The notes beneath the pieces are model-generated. The model saw only the letters and a list, made by a program, of their open reading frames with translations, searched no databases and was not told the DNA's origin. From an uncultured Verrucomicrobiota bacterium (GTDB taxonomy: Bacteria; Verrucomicrobiota; Kiritimatiellia; CAIVKH01), in the NCBI GenBank assembly GCA_964441655.1, contig CAYTVN010000001.1, forward strand, positions 1 to 58,705: a stretch of 58,705 bases of DNA. The letters run 5' to 3'. Shown here in pieces: positions 34,670 to 44,101 of this stretch. The translations under genes and the position numbers were made by a program. How positions within the stretch are numbered: position 1 is the first letter of the stretch; every line of letters begins with the position of its first letter.

Positions 34670-35546
34670 ACCAACCGGGTTGCCGCCTTCGCTGTGCATC
34701 CTGGCCGTCTGGTTCGTGACCCTCTGTAGCGCGGCGGCCGTTACGTCGATCCATGCCACTAACCGGTATGGCTATGGCGCGAATGTGGGTTGGATCAACG
34801 CGCGCGGCGATATAACCAACGGCGCGGTGCTCGGCTATTCCTACTGCACCGGCTACCTGTGGAGCGCCAATGCCGGATGGATCTCACTCGGCCACGGGCC
34901 GACCAACGGCTGGCACTACTCGAACTCCAGCTCGAATGACTGGGGCGTAAACCACGATGGCAACGGGCAACTCGCGGGCTACGCCTACGGGGCCAACATC
35001 GGCTGGATCACCTTCGAACAAACCCAGGGCCAGCCCCGCATCGACCTGCGCACCGGGAACCTGTCCGGCTACGCCTGGGGCGCCAACGTGGGCTGGATCA
35101 GCCTCTCCAACGCCCAGGCCTTTGTGCAGTCCACCCTGGCGCCCGGGCCGGATACCGATGGCGATGGCATACCGGATGCCTGGGAGCAGTGGCGGGTGGG
35201 CAACCTGACCACCCTGAGCAATGGCGTGGCCGACGCCGAGGCCGATGGCGTCACCGACCTGAGCGAGTACCTAGCCGACACCGATCCCCTGACCGGTGAG
35301 CAGCTTGAAGTTCAGTCGATCAGCGGCGCCAATGGCACCAACACCATCACCTGGAGCAGCCGCCCCACCCGGCTCTATTACGTGGAGGCCAGCAACCTCA
35401 TGTCCGAGGCGGCCGGCGCCTGGAACGATGTAGGCGGTGGCCTGCTCGGCCCGCCCGCAGGCTCCCTCTCCACTTCCTCGGTGGCCAACGCAGGTGCGAC
35501 CTCGTATTTCCTGCGTGTCCGCGCCGTGGTGCCGCTGGCTCCCTGA
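34650..35546 (+). CDS. Secreted protein with four (Y/W)GAN(V/I)GWI repeats and a TSP3-like + beta C-terminal module
   Basis: Start at MQTSLSRPTGLPPSLCILAVWFVTLCSAAA. Repeats YGANVGWINARGD, SANAGWISLGHG, YGANIGWITFEQ, WGANVGWISLSN. C-terminus DTDGDGIPDAWEQW...YFLRVRAV. Overlaps the upstream gene by 20 nt. Confidence 0.65.
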   Translation: MQTSLSRPTGLPPSLCILAVWFVTLCSAAAVTSIHATNRYGYGANVGWINARGDITNGAVLGYSYCTGYLWSANAGWISLGHGPTNGWHYSNSSSNDWGVNHDGNGQLAGYAYGANIGWITFEQTQGQPRIDLRTGNLSGYAWGANVGWISLSNAQAFVQSTLAPGPDTDGDGIPDAWEQWRVGNLTTLSNGVADAEADGVTDLSEYLADTDPLTGEQLEVQSISGANGTNTITWSSRPTRLYYVEASNLMSEAAGAWNDVGGGLLGPPAGSLSTSSVANAGATSYFLRVRAVVPLAP

Positions 35547-35555
35547 ACCGCAGGC

Positions 35556-36224
35556 CTAGGCGGTCGGCATCAACCGCCGGATGGGCTTGAGGTAAATCGG
35601 ACGGGGTTGCCCCTGCAACGCGGGCGGAAGGGCGGGCACGCCGAACACCTCGTTCCAGGTGCGCTCGAAGCCGTGTGCGGCATCCGGGAAATCCGCGGCC
35701 ACGGCGCGGGCCTGTTCATAAAACGTCCGCGACCGCTTTCGCACCTGTTCCCGCGTCACGGCAAAATTCGCTCCGCCGAAAAATACGAAGAGGTCCGGAC
35801 AAGGCGCGGGGGCAAACACCCGGGACCAGAAGCCCGCCATGTCCAGCGGGCGCCGCTCCGTGTTCTTGCTCCAGCGCTGGAACAACCGCGAGCCGGTGGC
35901 ATCGTCCTCATCGACCAGAAAGCCCAACCAGCAGAAGGCCTCCACGGACGCGGTCCCCTCCGCCCATGCACGCAGGCGGCGATGCAAATCCGGCACATGG
36001 TCAAACGGCTTGCCCTGCACACACACGGTGAGGTCGGCCAGCTCGTCGTAGCGGGTGACGAAATGATGCAGGTAGGTGTGCGCCTCGCGCCCCACGTTGG
36101 CGAGTGGCTCGGCCGAATCCACGCCGCCGCCCTTGTCATACACACGGCGGCGAATGGAGCGTGGCACCCGGCGCAGCCAGGCCAGGTCTTCCTGATAACG
36201 CGCCACCACCAGATCCACCGTCAT
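35556..36224 (-). CDS. DUF3431-like protein (uncertain)
   Basis: VDLVVARYQEDLAWL and NVGREAHTYLHHFVTRYDELAD resemble my recollection of the DUF3431 signature. ATGA overlap with the upstream alkA-like gene. Confidence 0.4.
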   Translation of the reverse strand: MTVDLVVARYQEDLAWLRRVPRSIRRRVYDKGGGVDSAEPLANVGREAHTYLHHFVTRYDELADLTVCVQGKPFDHVPDLHRRLRAWAEGTASVEAFCWLGFLVDEDDATGSRLFQRWSKNTERRPLDMAGFWSRVFAPAPCPDLFVFFGGANFAVTREQVRKRSRTFYEQARAVAADFPDAAHGFERTWNEVFGVPALPPALQGQPRPIYLKPIRRLMPTA

Positions 36225-36829
36225 GTGTCCCGCCACTGCCACAGAAAATGACACGCGGCGGTGCGATGGGGACGCCACACTGCGGCAATGTTTTCCATCC
36301 GCACCCGCAAGGCACGCCCGCGCACGCGCAGGCGGTACAGCCGGATCATGGCCGCTTGAATACCCACATCATCCACCGGAAAAACATCCGGCCGCCCCAG
36401 AGTAAACATCAACAGCATTTCCACCGTCCACCGCCCCACGCCCTTGATGGCGGTCAGGTGCGCGATCACCTCGTCATCCGTCATGGCGCGCAGACGGGCC
36501 AGCCGCAGTCCGCCGCCCCGGGCAAAGACGGCCACGTTTCGCAGGTAGCCGGCTTTCTGGCGGGACACGCCGGCCGCGCGCAGCGCATCGTCACTCATCG
36601 CCGCCAGGCGGGCGGCCGACGGATAACCGCGCGGAAACAAATCCAGCAACCGCTTGAATATCGTGTCCGCCGCCTTGACCGAAAGTTGCTGGGAAACGAT
36701 GGATTGCAGCAAATCCATGTATGGGTCCGGGCGCGCGCGCGGCGCGAAGGGCGTGCGGCCTTTCATGATTCCCGCCAGCGCGGGATCGCGTCGGGCCAGG
36801 GTACGCCAGTTGCTGGAGGTCGTCGCCAC
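36221..36829 (-). CDS. DNA-3-methyladenine glycosylase II-like HhH-GPD protein
   Basis: LLQSIVSQQLSVKAADTIFKRL, LRAAGVSRQKAGYLRNVA, IKGVGRWTVEMLLMFTLGRPDVFPVDDVG. GTG start. Confidence 0.8.
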   Translation of the reverse strand: MATTSSNWRTLARRDPALAGIMKGRTPFAPRARPDPYMDLLQSIVSQQLSVKAADTIFKRLLDLFPRGYPSAARLAAMSDDALRAAGVSRQKAGYLRNVAVFARGGGLRLARLRAMTDDEVIAHLTAIKGVGRWTVEMLLMFTLGRPDVFPVDDVGIQAAMIRLYRLRVRGRALRVRMENIAAVWRPHRTAACHFLWQWRDT

Positions 36830-36835
36830 GCGAAT

Positions 36836-37741
36836 TTACTCCACCGGATCGTGCCCCGGCTTGGTATTCCAAAGCCGGATGCAGTCGTCCACGCTCAGCA
36901 CGTAACGCTGGCCGCAGAAGCGACAGTTGACGGCCACATCTTCCTTCTTCTTCACCATGTCCATGCGATCCGGGATGGGCAGGGCGCGCAGCACCGCCCC
37001 CATTTTCTGCCGGCTGCAGGTGCAGCGAAAATGCGGGCGGGCGGCCTCTTCGTATTCCAGTTGATACGCCCCCGCCTCACCCTCGATCACCGCGTGCAGC
37101 ACATTCTCCAGCAGGCTGTCGGACTCGGCTTCGCGGCTCATCCACGCACGCGCCGCCCCGCCTTCCAGCCGGCCGCGCACCCGCTCAAATCGCTGCAGAT
37201 CGGAACCCGGCAGGGCGTGCAACAACAGGCCGCGGCACAGCCGTACCGGGCGCTCGGGGTCGGGCTGCAGGCTGATCATGACCAGGGCCGCCGTCTCGAC
37301 CTGGTCGCTGATGCACTGGAAATACACGACATCCTGCACCACGTCGCGCAGGTCGGCCCGCACCGTGCCGGAGGCCAGGATTTTCCCGTCCTGGCTGCGA
37401 ATCACTTTCACCTCGCCGCCCGGCCCGTATAGCTGCTCCGCGTCCTCGGTTTCCGCCAGCTGGGCGGGCACGATGAAGCCCCGGGTCGCCCCGTCTGGCC
37501 CCGTATCCACCACCAGGGTGCGCAACCGGCCTTCGTAGGCCCAGCGCACATTCAATCGCTCGCCAGCGCCCAGCGTAAACGCCGTTAACACCGCGCCGGT
37601 AAGAGCGCGGCCCAGCACGTGGGCGGCCACCGGATCACAATCGTGGCGGCGCACCGCCTCGCCCACGGTATCTGTGGTCACCGTGTAGGCGAAGGCAATG
37701 TCGAGCCCGGTCAGTCGTCCTTTATAGAGCAGGTCAGGCAT
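36836..37741 (-). CDS. hslO: Hsp33-family redox-regulated chaperone
   Basis: C-terminal zinc centre FRCTCSRQKM ... CRFCGQRY with an Hsp33-like N-terminal domain. Start at MPDLLYKG. Confidence 0.85.
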   Translation of the reverse strand: MPDLLYKGRLTGLDIAFAYTVTTDTVGEAVRRHDCDPVAAHVLGRALTGAVLTAFTLGAGERLNVRWAYEGRLRTLVVDTGPDGATRGFIVPAQLAETEDAEQLYGPGGEVKVIRSQDGKILASGTVRADLRDVVQDVVYFQCISDQVETAALVMISLQPDPERPVRLCRGLLLHALPGSDLQRFERVRGRLEGGAARAWMSREAESDSLLENVLHAVIEGEAGAYQLEYEEAARPHFRCTCSRQKMGAVLRALPIPDRMDMVKKKEDVAVNCRFCGQRYVLSVDDCIRLWNTKPGHDPVE

Positions 37742-37830
37742 GGAACCCGTTCGATACCACAGGTTGCCGGACCACACAAGAGGAGGCCCGGGATGGACGA
37801 TCCCGCGGCGCGTGGTGTAGGGTCCCGGCC

Positions 37831-38301
37831 ATGCCACCGCGATTCAAGCCCCGCCCTTCCTTCGGTCCCCGCAAACGCCGGACCCCGGCCCAGATGCTGA
37901 TCATCGGCCTGCTGGTCCTGGCCTGGCAGGGTTGGGAGGCGTGGGACCGGGCCCGGACCCCGCGCTCCGAAGGACTGGCCGCGCTGCAGGCCGCCTACGA
38001 GGCCGAGCAATCGGGCGTGATGGTGGAGGCCACGGGTCGCATCCAGAAAGTACTACCGGATGATCGAGAGGGGGACCGTCACCAGAAATTCATCCTCGAT
38101 ATTGACCGCCGCCACACCGTGCTGGTGTCACACAACATCGACCTGGCCCCGCGCGCGCCCGTGCAGGAAGGCGACACGGTAACGGTCTTCGGGCAGTACG
38201 AATGGAGCGAGCCCGGCGGTGTGCTGCACTGGACCCATCGCGATCCGCAGGGGCGGCGCGCAGGCGGCTGGATACGGCTCAAGGGAATAACCTACGAGTA
38301 G
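37831..38301 (+). CDS. DUF3465-like membrane-anchored protein
   Basis: N-terminal TM helix MLIIGLLVLAW. HQKFILDI...TVLVSHNIDLAPRAP...GQYEWSEPGGVLHWTHRDP matches my recollection of DUF3465. Confidence 0.5.
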   Translation: MPPRFKPRPSFGPRKRRTPAQMLIIGLLVLAWQGWEAWDRARTPRSEGLAALQAAYEAEQSGVMVEATGRIQKVLPDDREGDRHQKFILDIDRRHTVLVSHNIDLAPRAPVQEGDTVTVFGQYEWSEPGGVLHWTHRDPQGRRAGGWIRLKGITYE

Positions 38302-38322
38302 TGGTCGGGGCAGCGCGCAACC

Positions 38323-39330
38323 CTACACACGACGGGCGCGCGGACGTTCGCTCAGGATGCGTTCGGCCAGCTGGAGGCCGCTGAGAAATGCCCCTTCGGC
38401 ACGCGGGCTATGGCACCAGTCGCCACAGGCAGCCAGGTTTTGCTCGGCATCCCACTGGCAGGGGCTGGCCAGCGGATTTTCAGGAGCGGCGTAGCGCCAG
38501 CGATGGGCCCGCACAAAGGCGGGGACCACGCGCTTGCAACCGGCCGCCTTGAAGAAAGCGTCCACCAATTCCGCCGCCACCTGGTCCGGCGTATCTTCCA
38601 GATGCGCGCGCGACCAGGCCGGAGACGCATGCAACACCCAGCTTTCCGGGCCCGGGCGACCCGGCTTGCTTCCGTTGTTGCACACCCAGACCAGCGGCGA
38701 AGCGCGCACGAACGCGGCGTCAAAGGGCAGTTCCAGGTCGTACTCGAAGGCTAGCATCACCGCCCAGCAGGGCTGCATGCGTACACTGGCCGCGGAAGCT
38801 TGCAGCGTGGGCGATTGAGCCAGCAGGGGCACCGCCTGGTCCGGCGGAGTGGCCACCACCACGATCTCATACCTTTCGTCGGGCAGCGGTTGCTCCGAAA
38901 CCAGGGACCAGCCCGCCTCGTCGGAGATCAAGGCATTCACCCGCACGCCCTGCTCCACCTCCAGCCCGTCGGCCAGCCGCTTGGCAATCGCATTCATGCC
39001 GGGCACCCCCACCCAGCGCCGCGTCTCGTCCAACAACGGGGTGAGAACGCCCTCCTGAACATTGGCCAGCCGCATCTTCCACGCGCTGACCACACCCTGC
39101 TCCGCCCACACGTCCAGGTAACGCTGGAACCGTTCGTCGTGTACGGTCAGGTATTGGCAACCATGATCGAAAAAATATTCCCCCTCGCGCCGCGTGGTGG
39201 TACGCCCGCCCGGGCCGCGTCCTTTGTCGAAGACGGTGACCGGATACCCGCGCTCCGTCAGCACGTGGGCCAGGGTCAAACCGGCCAGACCGGCCCCGAT
39301 GACGGCCACCGTGGGCCGGATTTCAATCAT
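38323..39330 (-). CDS. NAD(P)/FAD-dependent oxidoreductase (renalase/amine-oxidase-like)
   Basis: Rossmann motif VAVIGAGLAGLTLAHVLTERGYPVTVFDKGRGPGGR at the chosen N-terminus (MIEIRPT). The upstream 146-aa track extension was rejected. Confidence 0.75.
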   Translation of the reverse strand: MIEIRPTVAVIGAGLAGLTLAHVLTERGYPVTVFDKGRGPGGRTTTRREGEYFFDHGCQYLTVHDERFQRYLDVWAEQGVVSAWKMRLANVQEGVLTPLLDETRRWVGVPGMNAIAKRLADGLEVEQGVRVNALISDEAGWSLVSEQPLPDERYEIVVVATPPDQAVPLLAQSPTLQASAASVRMQPCWAVMLAFEYDLELPFDAAFVRASPLVWVCNNGSKPGRPGPESWVLHASPAWSRAHLEDTPDQVAAELVDAFFKAAGCKRVVPAFVRAHRWRYAAPENPLASPCQWDAEQNLAACGDWCHSPRAEGAFLSGLQLAERILSERPRARRV

Positions 39331-39499
39331 CGTGGTTTCGCCAAAGCGCGCCTGATTCAGGTTGAAGTTAAGGGCCATAGGGTTGTTGCCGTTCTCCACA
39401 CACTTCGCGGCCATAGTAAGGAAATTACGCCTGATTTCCAAGCGCGACCTTGTCTTTGCGCTTTTCACGGAGCCCGGCCCGGCGCATCTTGACCGGCTT

Positions 39500-40330
39500 A
39501 TGCAAACACCTTCCATCGCCGTGCTCGGGCTCGGCATCATCGGCTCCACCTGGGCCCGCCACCTCGAACACGACGGCGTACTGGCCGCCGCCTGGAACCG
39601 CACCCCGCAACCGGATTTTCCCCGCTGGACGAACCGCCCGGCCGAGGCCGCGGACCGCGCCGAAGCCCTGATCATCGTGGTCGCAGATCCACCCGCCGTA
39701 GCATCGGTCCTGCACGAACTGGCCCCCCGGCTGACCTCCCGCCACCTAGTCATCCAAAGCAGCACCATCGATCCCGAAAGCAGCCGGGCCTTCGCCGCCC
39801 TGGTCGAGGAGCGGGGCGCGACCTATGTGGAAGCCCCCTTCACCGGCAGCAAGCCGGCCGCGGAGCAGCGGCAAACCATCTTCTATCTGGGTGGCGAACC
39901 CGGCGCCGTGGAGCGGGCCCGGACCGTGCTGGCCCGCCTCTCGAAGCAGCAATTCGTAATCGGCACCGGCGCCCAGGCCGCCACCCTGAAGCTGGCCTGC
40001 AACCTGCAGATCGTGACCCAGCTGGAGGCCCTGTGCGAGGCCCTGGCCTGGAGCCGGCAGGCCGGCATTACGGACGACATTTTTTTCAGCGCCTTGCGCA
40101 CCAACGCGGCGTGGTCCGGCGTGGCCCAGCTGAAGGAGCCCAAGCTGCGCACCCGCGATTACGCGCCCCAGTTCTCCGTAAAACACATGCTCAAAGATCT
40201 CCGCCTCGCCCTGGCCACCGTGCCCGGCCAGCTGCCCGTGGTGGAAACGGTGGCGGAACGGCTGCAGGCCGTGCAGGATCGGGGCGGCGGCGACGACGAC
40301 ATGAGCGCGCTCTATCGCCAGCTGGACTAG
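39500..40330 (+). CDS. NAD(P)-dependent beta-hydroxyacid dehydrogenase (3-hydroxyisobutyrate/6-phosphogluconate dehydrogenase family)
   Basis: IAVLGLGIIGSTWARHL, YVEAPFTGSKPAAEQRQTIFYLGG, GAQAATLKLACNLQI. Confidence 0.8.
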   Translation: MQTPSIAVLGLGIIGSTWARHLEHDGVLAAAWNRTPQPDFPRWTNRPAEAADRAEALIIVVADPPAVASVLHELAPRLTSRHLVIQSSTIDPESSRAFAALVEERGATYVEAPFTGSKPAAEQRQTIFYLGGEPGAVERARTVLARLSKQQFVIGTGAQAATLKLACNLQIVTQLEALCEALAWSRQAGITDDIFFSALRTNAAWSGVAQLKEPKLRTRDYAPQFSVKHMLKDLRLALATVPGQLPVVETVAERLQAVQDRGGGDDDMSALYRQLD

Positions 40331-40399
40331 CCCGCGCCGACCGGCACAATTCCCGCACTTGCCGCGTAAGGTTCATTCACGCATGCTGAATCCTTAGTC

Positions 40400-42220
40400 A
40401 TGGCCGCCCCCCGCACCAGCCTGCTCCGCTACCTGCGCCCCTACCGATGGCAAGCCGCCCTCGGCTTTGTCTGCGTGTCCGGCTACATCGGGACCAGCCT
40501 CTGGACCCCCAGCCTGGTGGGCCGCGCCATCGACGTGCTCCAGGATAAATCCGGCACCGCCCACACCTTCCTCGCGCTCATGGGCCTCTACCTGGCCGCC
40601 GCCGCCGCCGCCTTCCTCGTCTCCATCGGCATGCGCCGGCTCATGCTCGGACTGGCCAACCGGGTGGAACACGACATCCGCCGCGACATCTTCTCCCACC
40701 TGACCGGCATGGACCTCGCCTTCTTCCAGCGCGAGCGCACGGGCGACCTCATGACCAAGATGACGTCCGACCTGAGCGCGGTACGGGAAATGATCGGCCA
40801 GGGCCTGCTGCAGGGCGCGCGCATGACCATCGGCTTCCCCCTCGCCTTTGCCATCATGTTCGCCACCAACGTGCAGCTCGCGCTCGTGGTGACCGCCCTG
40901 CTGCCCCTGGTCAGCCTGCTGTTCTTTTTTCTGATCCGCTGGATCCACAAGTATTACGACGCCTGCCAGGATCAGTTCTCCGCCATCTCCAACTTCGCCC
41001 AGGAAACCTTTTCGGGCATCCGCACCATCAAGGGCTTCGCTCTGGAGCCGCGCCAGCGCGACGAATTCCGCCAGCACAACGAGGAATACATCCGGCGCAA
41101 CATGACCCTGACCCGCATCGAGGAGCCGGTGTGGCCGTTTATGATGTTCCTCTATTGGTTCGCCGCCATGCTGCTGCTGCTGGTCGCCGGGCACCAGATC
41201 ATCGAAGGCACCCTGAAACTCAGCGTGTTTGTGAAGTTTCAGTTCTACCTGCTCTTCCTCCAGTGGCCCATGCTGGCCCTGGGCTGGACCGCCAACCTGT
41301 TCCAGCGCGGACGCACCAGTTGGGCGCGTATCAAAACGATTTTGGAGGCGGAGCCGGCAATTAAAGCGGGGGATGTTAGTTCCACGTTCCAGGTCCAAAG
41401 TTCCAGGTCGGATTTAGCGAGCACTTCGACTTGGAACCTGGGACCTGGGACCCGGGACTTCTCCATCGCGTTTCGCGATGTCAGCCTCCGCCTGAACGAC
41501 CGCACGCTGCTCGATCACATCAACCTCGAAATTCCGCCCGGGCAGTGCCTCGCCATCACCGGCCCCACGGGCAGCGGAAAGACCCTGCTCATTTCTCTGC
41601 TGGTGCGCCTGCTGGATCCCACCGACGGCCAGGTCTGCCTCGGCGGACGCGATCTGCGCACCCTGCCCCTGGCGGACTTGCGCCGCGCCGTCGGATTAGC
41701 CCCCCAGGAACCCTTTCTTTTTTCCGACACCCTGGCCAACAATCTCGCCCTCGGGCTGGATCCGGTGGACGACGCCCTGACCACACACGAGGAGCGCATC
41801 GTACGCGCCGCCGGCATCGCCCGCCTGAGTGACGAGGTGGCCCGCTTCCCCGACCACTACCGCACCATGCTGGGCGAACGCGGGGTCACCCTGTCCGGCG
41901 GACAACGCCAGCGCACCGCCATCGGGCGCGCCCTGGCCCGCGAGCCCGCGCTGCTGATTCTGGACGATGTATTCTCCGCCGTGGACACGCAAACCGAGGC
42001 GAAAATCCTGGAACAACTGCTGCCCGCCCTGCGCGGCCGGACTTCCATCCTGATCAGCCACCGGGTTTCCACCCTGCGCCACGCCGATCGCATCCTGGTG
42101 CTGGACCACGGCCGTATCGTGCAGGACGGCACCCACGCGGAACTGATCGGCCAGCCGGGCTATTACCACGAACTGGACGAAGTGCAGCGGCTGGAAAGCA
42201 AACTTGAAGAGGTCGGATGA
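40400..42220 (+). CDS. ABC exporter, fused permease/ATPase (MdlA/MsbA-type half-transporter)
   Basis: Six-TM domain plus NBD (GPTGSGKTLL, LSGGQRQRTAIGRAL, LLILDDVFSAVD). The TMD-NBD linker is ~20 aa longer than in the partner gene, and the extra length coincides with an ~80-nt hairpin repeat. Confidence 0.9.
   Translation: MAAPRTSLLRYLRPYRWQAALGFVCVSGYIGTSLWTPSLVGRAIDVLQDKSGTAHTFLALMGLYLAAAAAAFLVSIGMRRLMLGLANRVEHDIRRDIFSHLTGMDLAFFQRERTGDLMTKMTSDLSAVREMIGQGLLQGARMTIGFPLAFAIMFATNVQLALVVTALLPLVSLLFFFLIRWIHKYYDACQDQFSAISNFAQETFSGIRTIKGFALEPRQRDEFRQHNEEYIRRNMTLTRIEEPVWPFMMFLYWFAAMLLLLVAGHQIIEGTLKLSVFVKFQFYLLFLQWPMLALGWTANLFQRGRTSWARIKTILEAEPAIKAGDVSSTFQVQSSRSDLASTSTWNLGPGTRDFSIAFRDVSLRLNDRTLLDHINLEIPPGQCLAITGPTGSGKTLLISLLVRLLDPTDGQVCLGGRDLRTLPLADLRRAVGLAPQEPFLFSDTLANNLALGLDPVDDALTTHEERIVRAAGIARLSDEVARFPDHYRTMLGERGVTLSGGQRQRTAIGRALAREPALLILDDVFSAVDTQTEAKILEQLLPALRGRTSILISHRVSTLRHADRILVLDHGRIVQDGTHAELIGQPGYYHELDEVQRLESKLEEVG
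41379..41458. repeat. Heptamer-phased inverted repeat inside the ABC exporter CDS
   Basis: GTTCCAC GTTCCAG GTCCAAA GTTCCAG GTCG, 16-nt loop, CGAC TTGGAAC CTGGGAC CTGGGAC CCGGGAC. Same unit type as 51139-51208. Confidence 0.7.
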
Positions 42221-42286
42221 ACATCGAACGTCGAACGAGTGGTCCACTTCCTTCATCCTTCAATGTTCGATGTTCGATGTTCGAAG
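42219..42286. repeat. Heptamer-phased inverted repeat between the two ABC exporter genes
   Basis: GAACATC GAACGTC GAACG, 27-nt loop, GTTCGAT GTTCGAT GTTCGAA G. Confidence 0.7.
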
Positions 42287-42295
42287 TTTCCTAAC

Positions 42296-44092
42296 ATGGA
42301 TACCGAATCAGATATCCCCGCGCGCCTGTTCGATGGCCGCCTGCTGCGCCGGATGATCAGCTACATCCGACCGTATGCCGGACTCATGCTGGCCGCCACC
42401 GCGGTGGTGGTGCCGCTCTCCCTGCTCGGCAATGCCCTGCCCCTCCTGGTGCGCGACGCCACCGACAAATTTCTCGTGCCCACCGGTCTCGACGCCGGAG
42501 CACGCTGGCAGGGCCTGCTGCACATCGGCCGACTCTACCTACTCTTCGGATTCGGTGCGTTCGTGATGCGGTTCGCCCAGGGCTACCTGCTTTCCTGGCT
42601 CGGCCAGAAAATCCTGTTCGACATGCGGGCCGACATCTTCAGTAAAATCCTGCGCCTGCCCTTCCGCTACTTTGACCGCCATCCCGTGGGCCGCCTCATG
42701 ACCCGGGTCAGCTCGGACGTGGATGCCATGCAGCGGTTGCTGACCGACGGCCTGATCGGCCTTACCACCGACCTGCTCATGCTGTTCGGCACCCTGGCCT
42801 TCATGTTCTGGGTCAATCCGCGGCTGGCCTTCATCATGCTCGCGCTGTTCCCGCCCCTGCTGGCCATCCTGTTCTTCCTCAACACCCGGGTGCGCAGCGC
42901 CCACCGCGCCGTGCGCAAACAGCAGTCGGCCCTCAACAGCTACCTGCAGGAAGCCATCACCGGCATGACCACGGTGCAGCTGTTCAACCGCGAGGCGGAC
43001 ACCCGCGCCCGTTTCGGCGGGCGCAACGGACCCCTGCGCGACGCCTTCCTTCATTCCGTGAAATGGTTCAGTCTCGCCTTCCCCGCCACCGAAATAATGG
43101 GCGCGCTTTCCACCGCCCTGGTCCTTGGCTACGGCGGCTACCTGATTCTGCGGGGAAGCCCCGACCTGACCATCGGCGAGTTGCTGGCCTTCCTGGCCTA
43201 CATCCGCGACTTTTTCCGGCCGCTGGATGACCTGTCCGAAAAATCCAACGTGTTGCAGGCGGCCATGGCCTCCGGCGAGCGTGTGTTCGGCCTCATGGAC
43301 ACCGAGGAGGAAATCCACGACCCCGCGCAACCCGTCACCCTGCCGCGCTTCCGGGGCGACATCACCTTCGAGAACGTGTGGTTCGCCTACCAGGGCGAGG
43401 ACTGGGTGTTGCGCAATCTTTCGTTCCACATCACCGCCGGCACGTCGCTGGCCATCGTGGGCGCCACCGGCGCGGGCAAGTCATCCCTCATCAGCCTGAT
43501 CGCCCGCTTCTACGATATACAAAAAGGCGCGGTGAAGGTGGATGGTGTGGACGTCCGGCACTACCGGCAGGCGGATCTGCGCCATCGCATCGGCATCGTG
43601 CTGCAGGATCCGTTCATTTTTTCCGGCAGCATCGCGGACAACATCAGCCTGCGCACCCCCGGCATCACGCGCGAGCAGGTGGAGGCGGCGGCCCGCCACG
43701 TCAATGCCCACACCTTCATCACTCAGCGAGCGGGCGGCTACGACGCCGTGTTGCAGGAGCGCGGGGCCGGCCTGTCCACCGGACAAAAGCAGCTGCTGGC
43801 CCTGGCCCGCGAGATCGCGCAGAACCCGGATATCCTGCTCATCCTCGACGAGGCCACGGCCAGCGTGGACACCGAAACCGAACTGCTCATCCAGGACGCG
43901 CTGCAAAAGCTGATGAAGGAACGGACCAGCATCATCATCGCCCACCGCCTCTCCACCATCCGCCACGCCGACCACATCCTGGTCATGCGCCTCGGCCAGG
44001 TGGTGGAACAGGGCTCCCACCGGGAATTACTGGATCAGGATGGTTATTATAAGCGCCTCTACGAATTGTTGAGCCACGCCCCCGTGAAATAG
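42296..44092 (+). CDS. ABC exporter, fused permease/ATPase (MdlB-type partner)
   Basis: TMD plus NBD (GATGAGKSSL, LSTGQKQLLALAREI, ILILDEATASVD). Start at MDTESDIP. The track extension to 42239 is translation of the hairpin repeat. Confidence 0.9.
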   Translation: MDTESDIPARLFDGRLLRRMISYIRPYAGLMLAATAVVVPLSLLGNALPLLVRDATDKFLVPTGLDAGARWQGLLHIGRLYLLFGFGAFVMRFAQGYLLSWLGQKILFDMRADIFSKILRLPFRYFDRHPVGRLMTRVSSDVDAMQRLLTDGLIGLTTDLLMLFGTLAFMFWVNPRLAFIMLALFPPLLAILFFLNTRVRSAHRAVRKQQSALNSYLQEAITGMTTVQLFNREADTRARFGGRNGPLRDAFLHSVKWFSLAFPATEIMGALSTALVLGYGGYLILRGSPDLTIGELLAFLAYIRDFFRPLDDLSEKSNVLQAAMASGERVFGLMDTEEEIHDPAQPVTLPRFRGDITFENVWFAYQGEDWVLRNLSFHITAGTSLAIVGATGAGKSSLISLIARFYDIQKGAVKVDGVDVRHYRQADLRHRIGIVLQDPFIFSGSIADNISLRTPGITREQVEAAARHVNAHTFITQRAGGYDAVLQERGAGLSTGQKQLLALAREIAQNPDILLILDEATASVDTETELLIQDALQKLMKERTSIIIAHRLSTIRHADHILVMRLGQVVEQGSHRELLDQDGYYKRLYELLSHAPVK

Positions 44093-44101
44093 GGGTGAAT
44101 A

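Noticed and set aside
36104-37432. 442-aa plus-strand ORF, and similar long antisense ORFs at 23996-25366, 32660-33952, 51688-52872, 55981-57261, 11420-12574, 9327-10394 and 42539-43429
   Set aside because: All lie opposite genes with clear family signatures and have the skewed R/G/H/Q/A composition of non-coding frames in GC-rich sequence.
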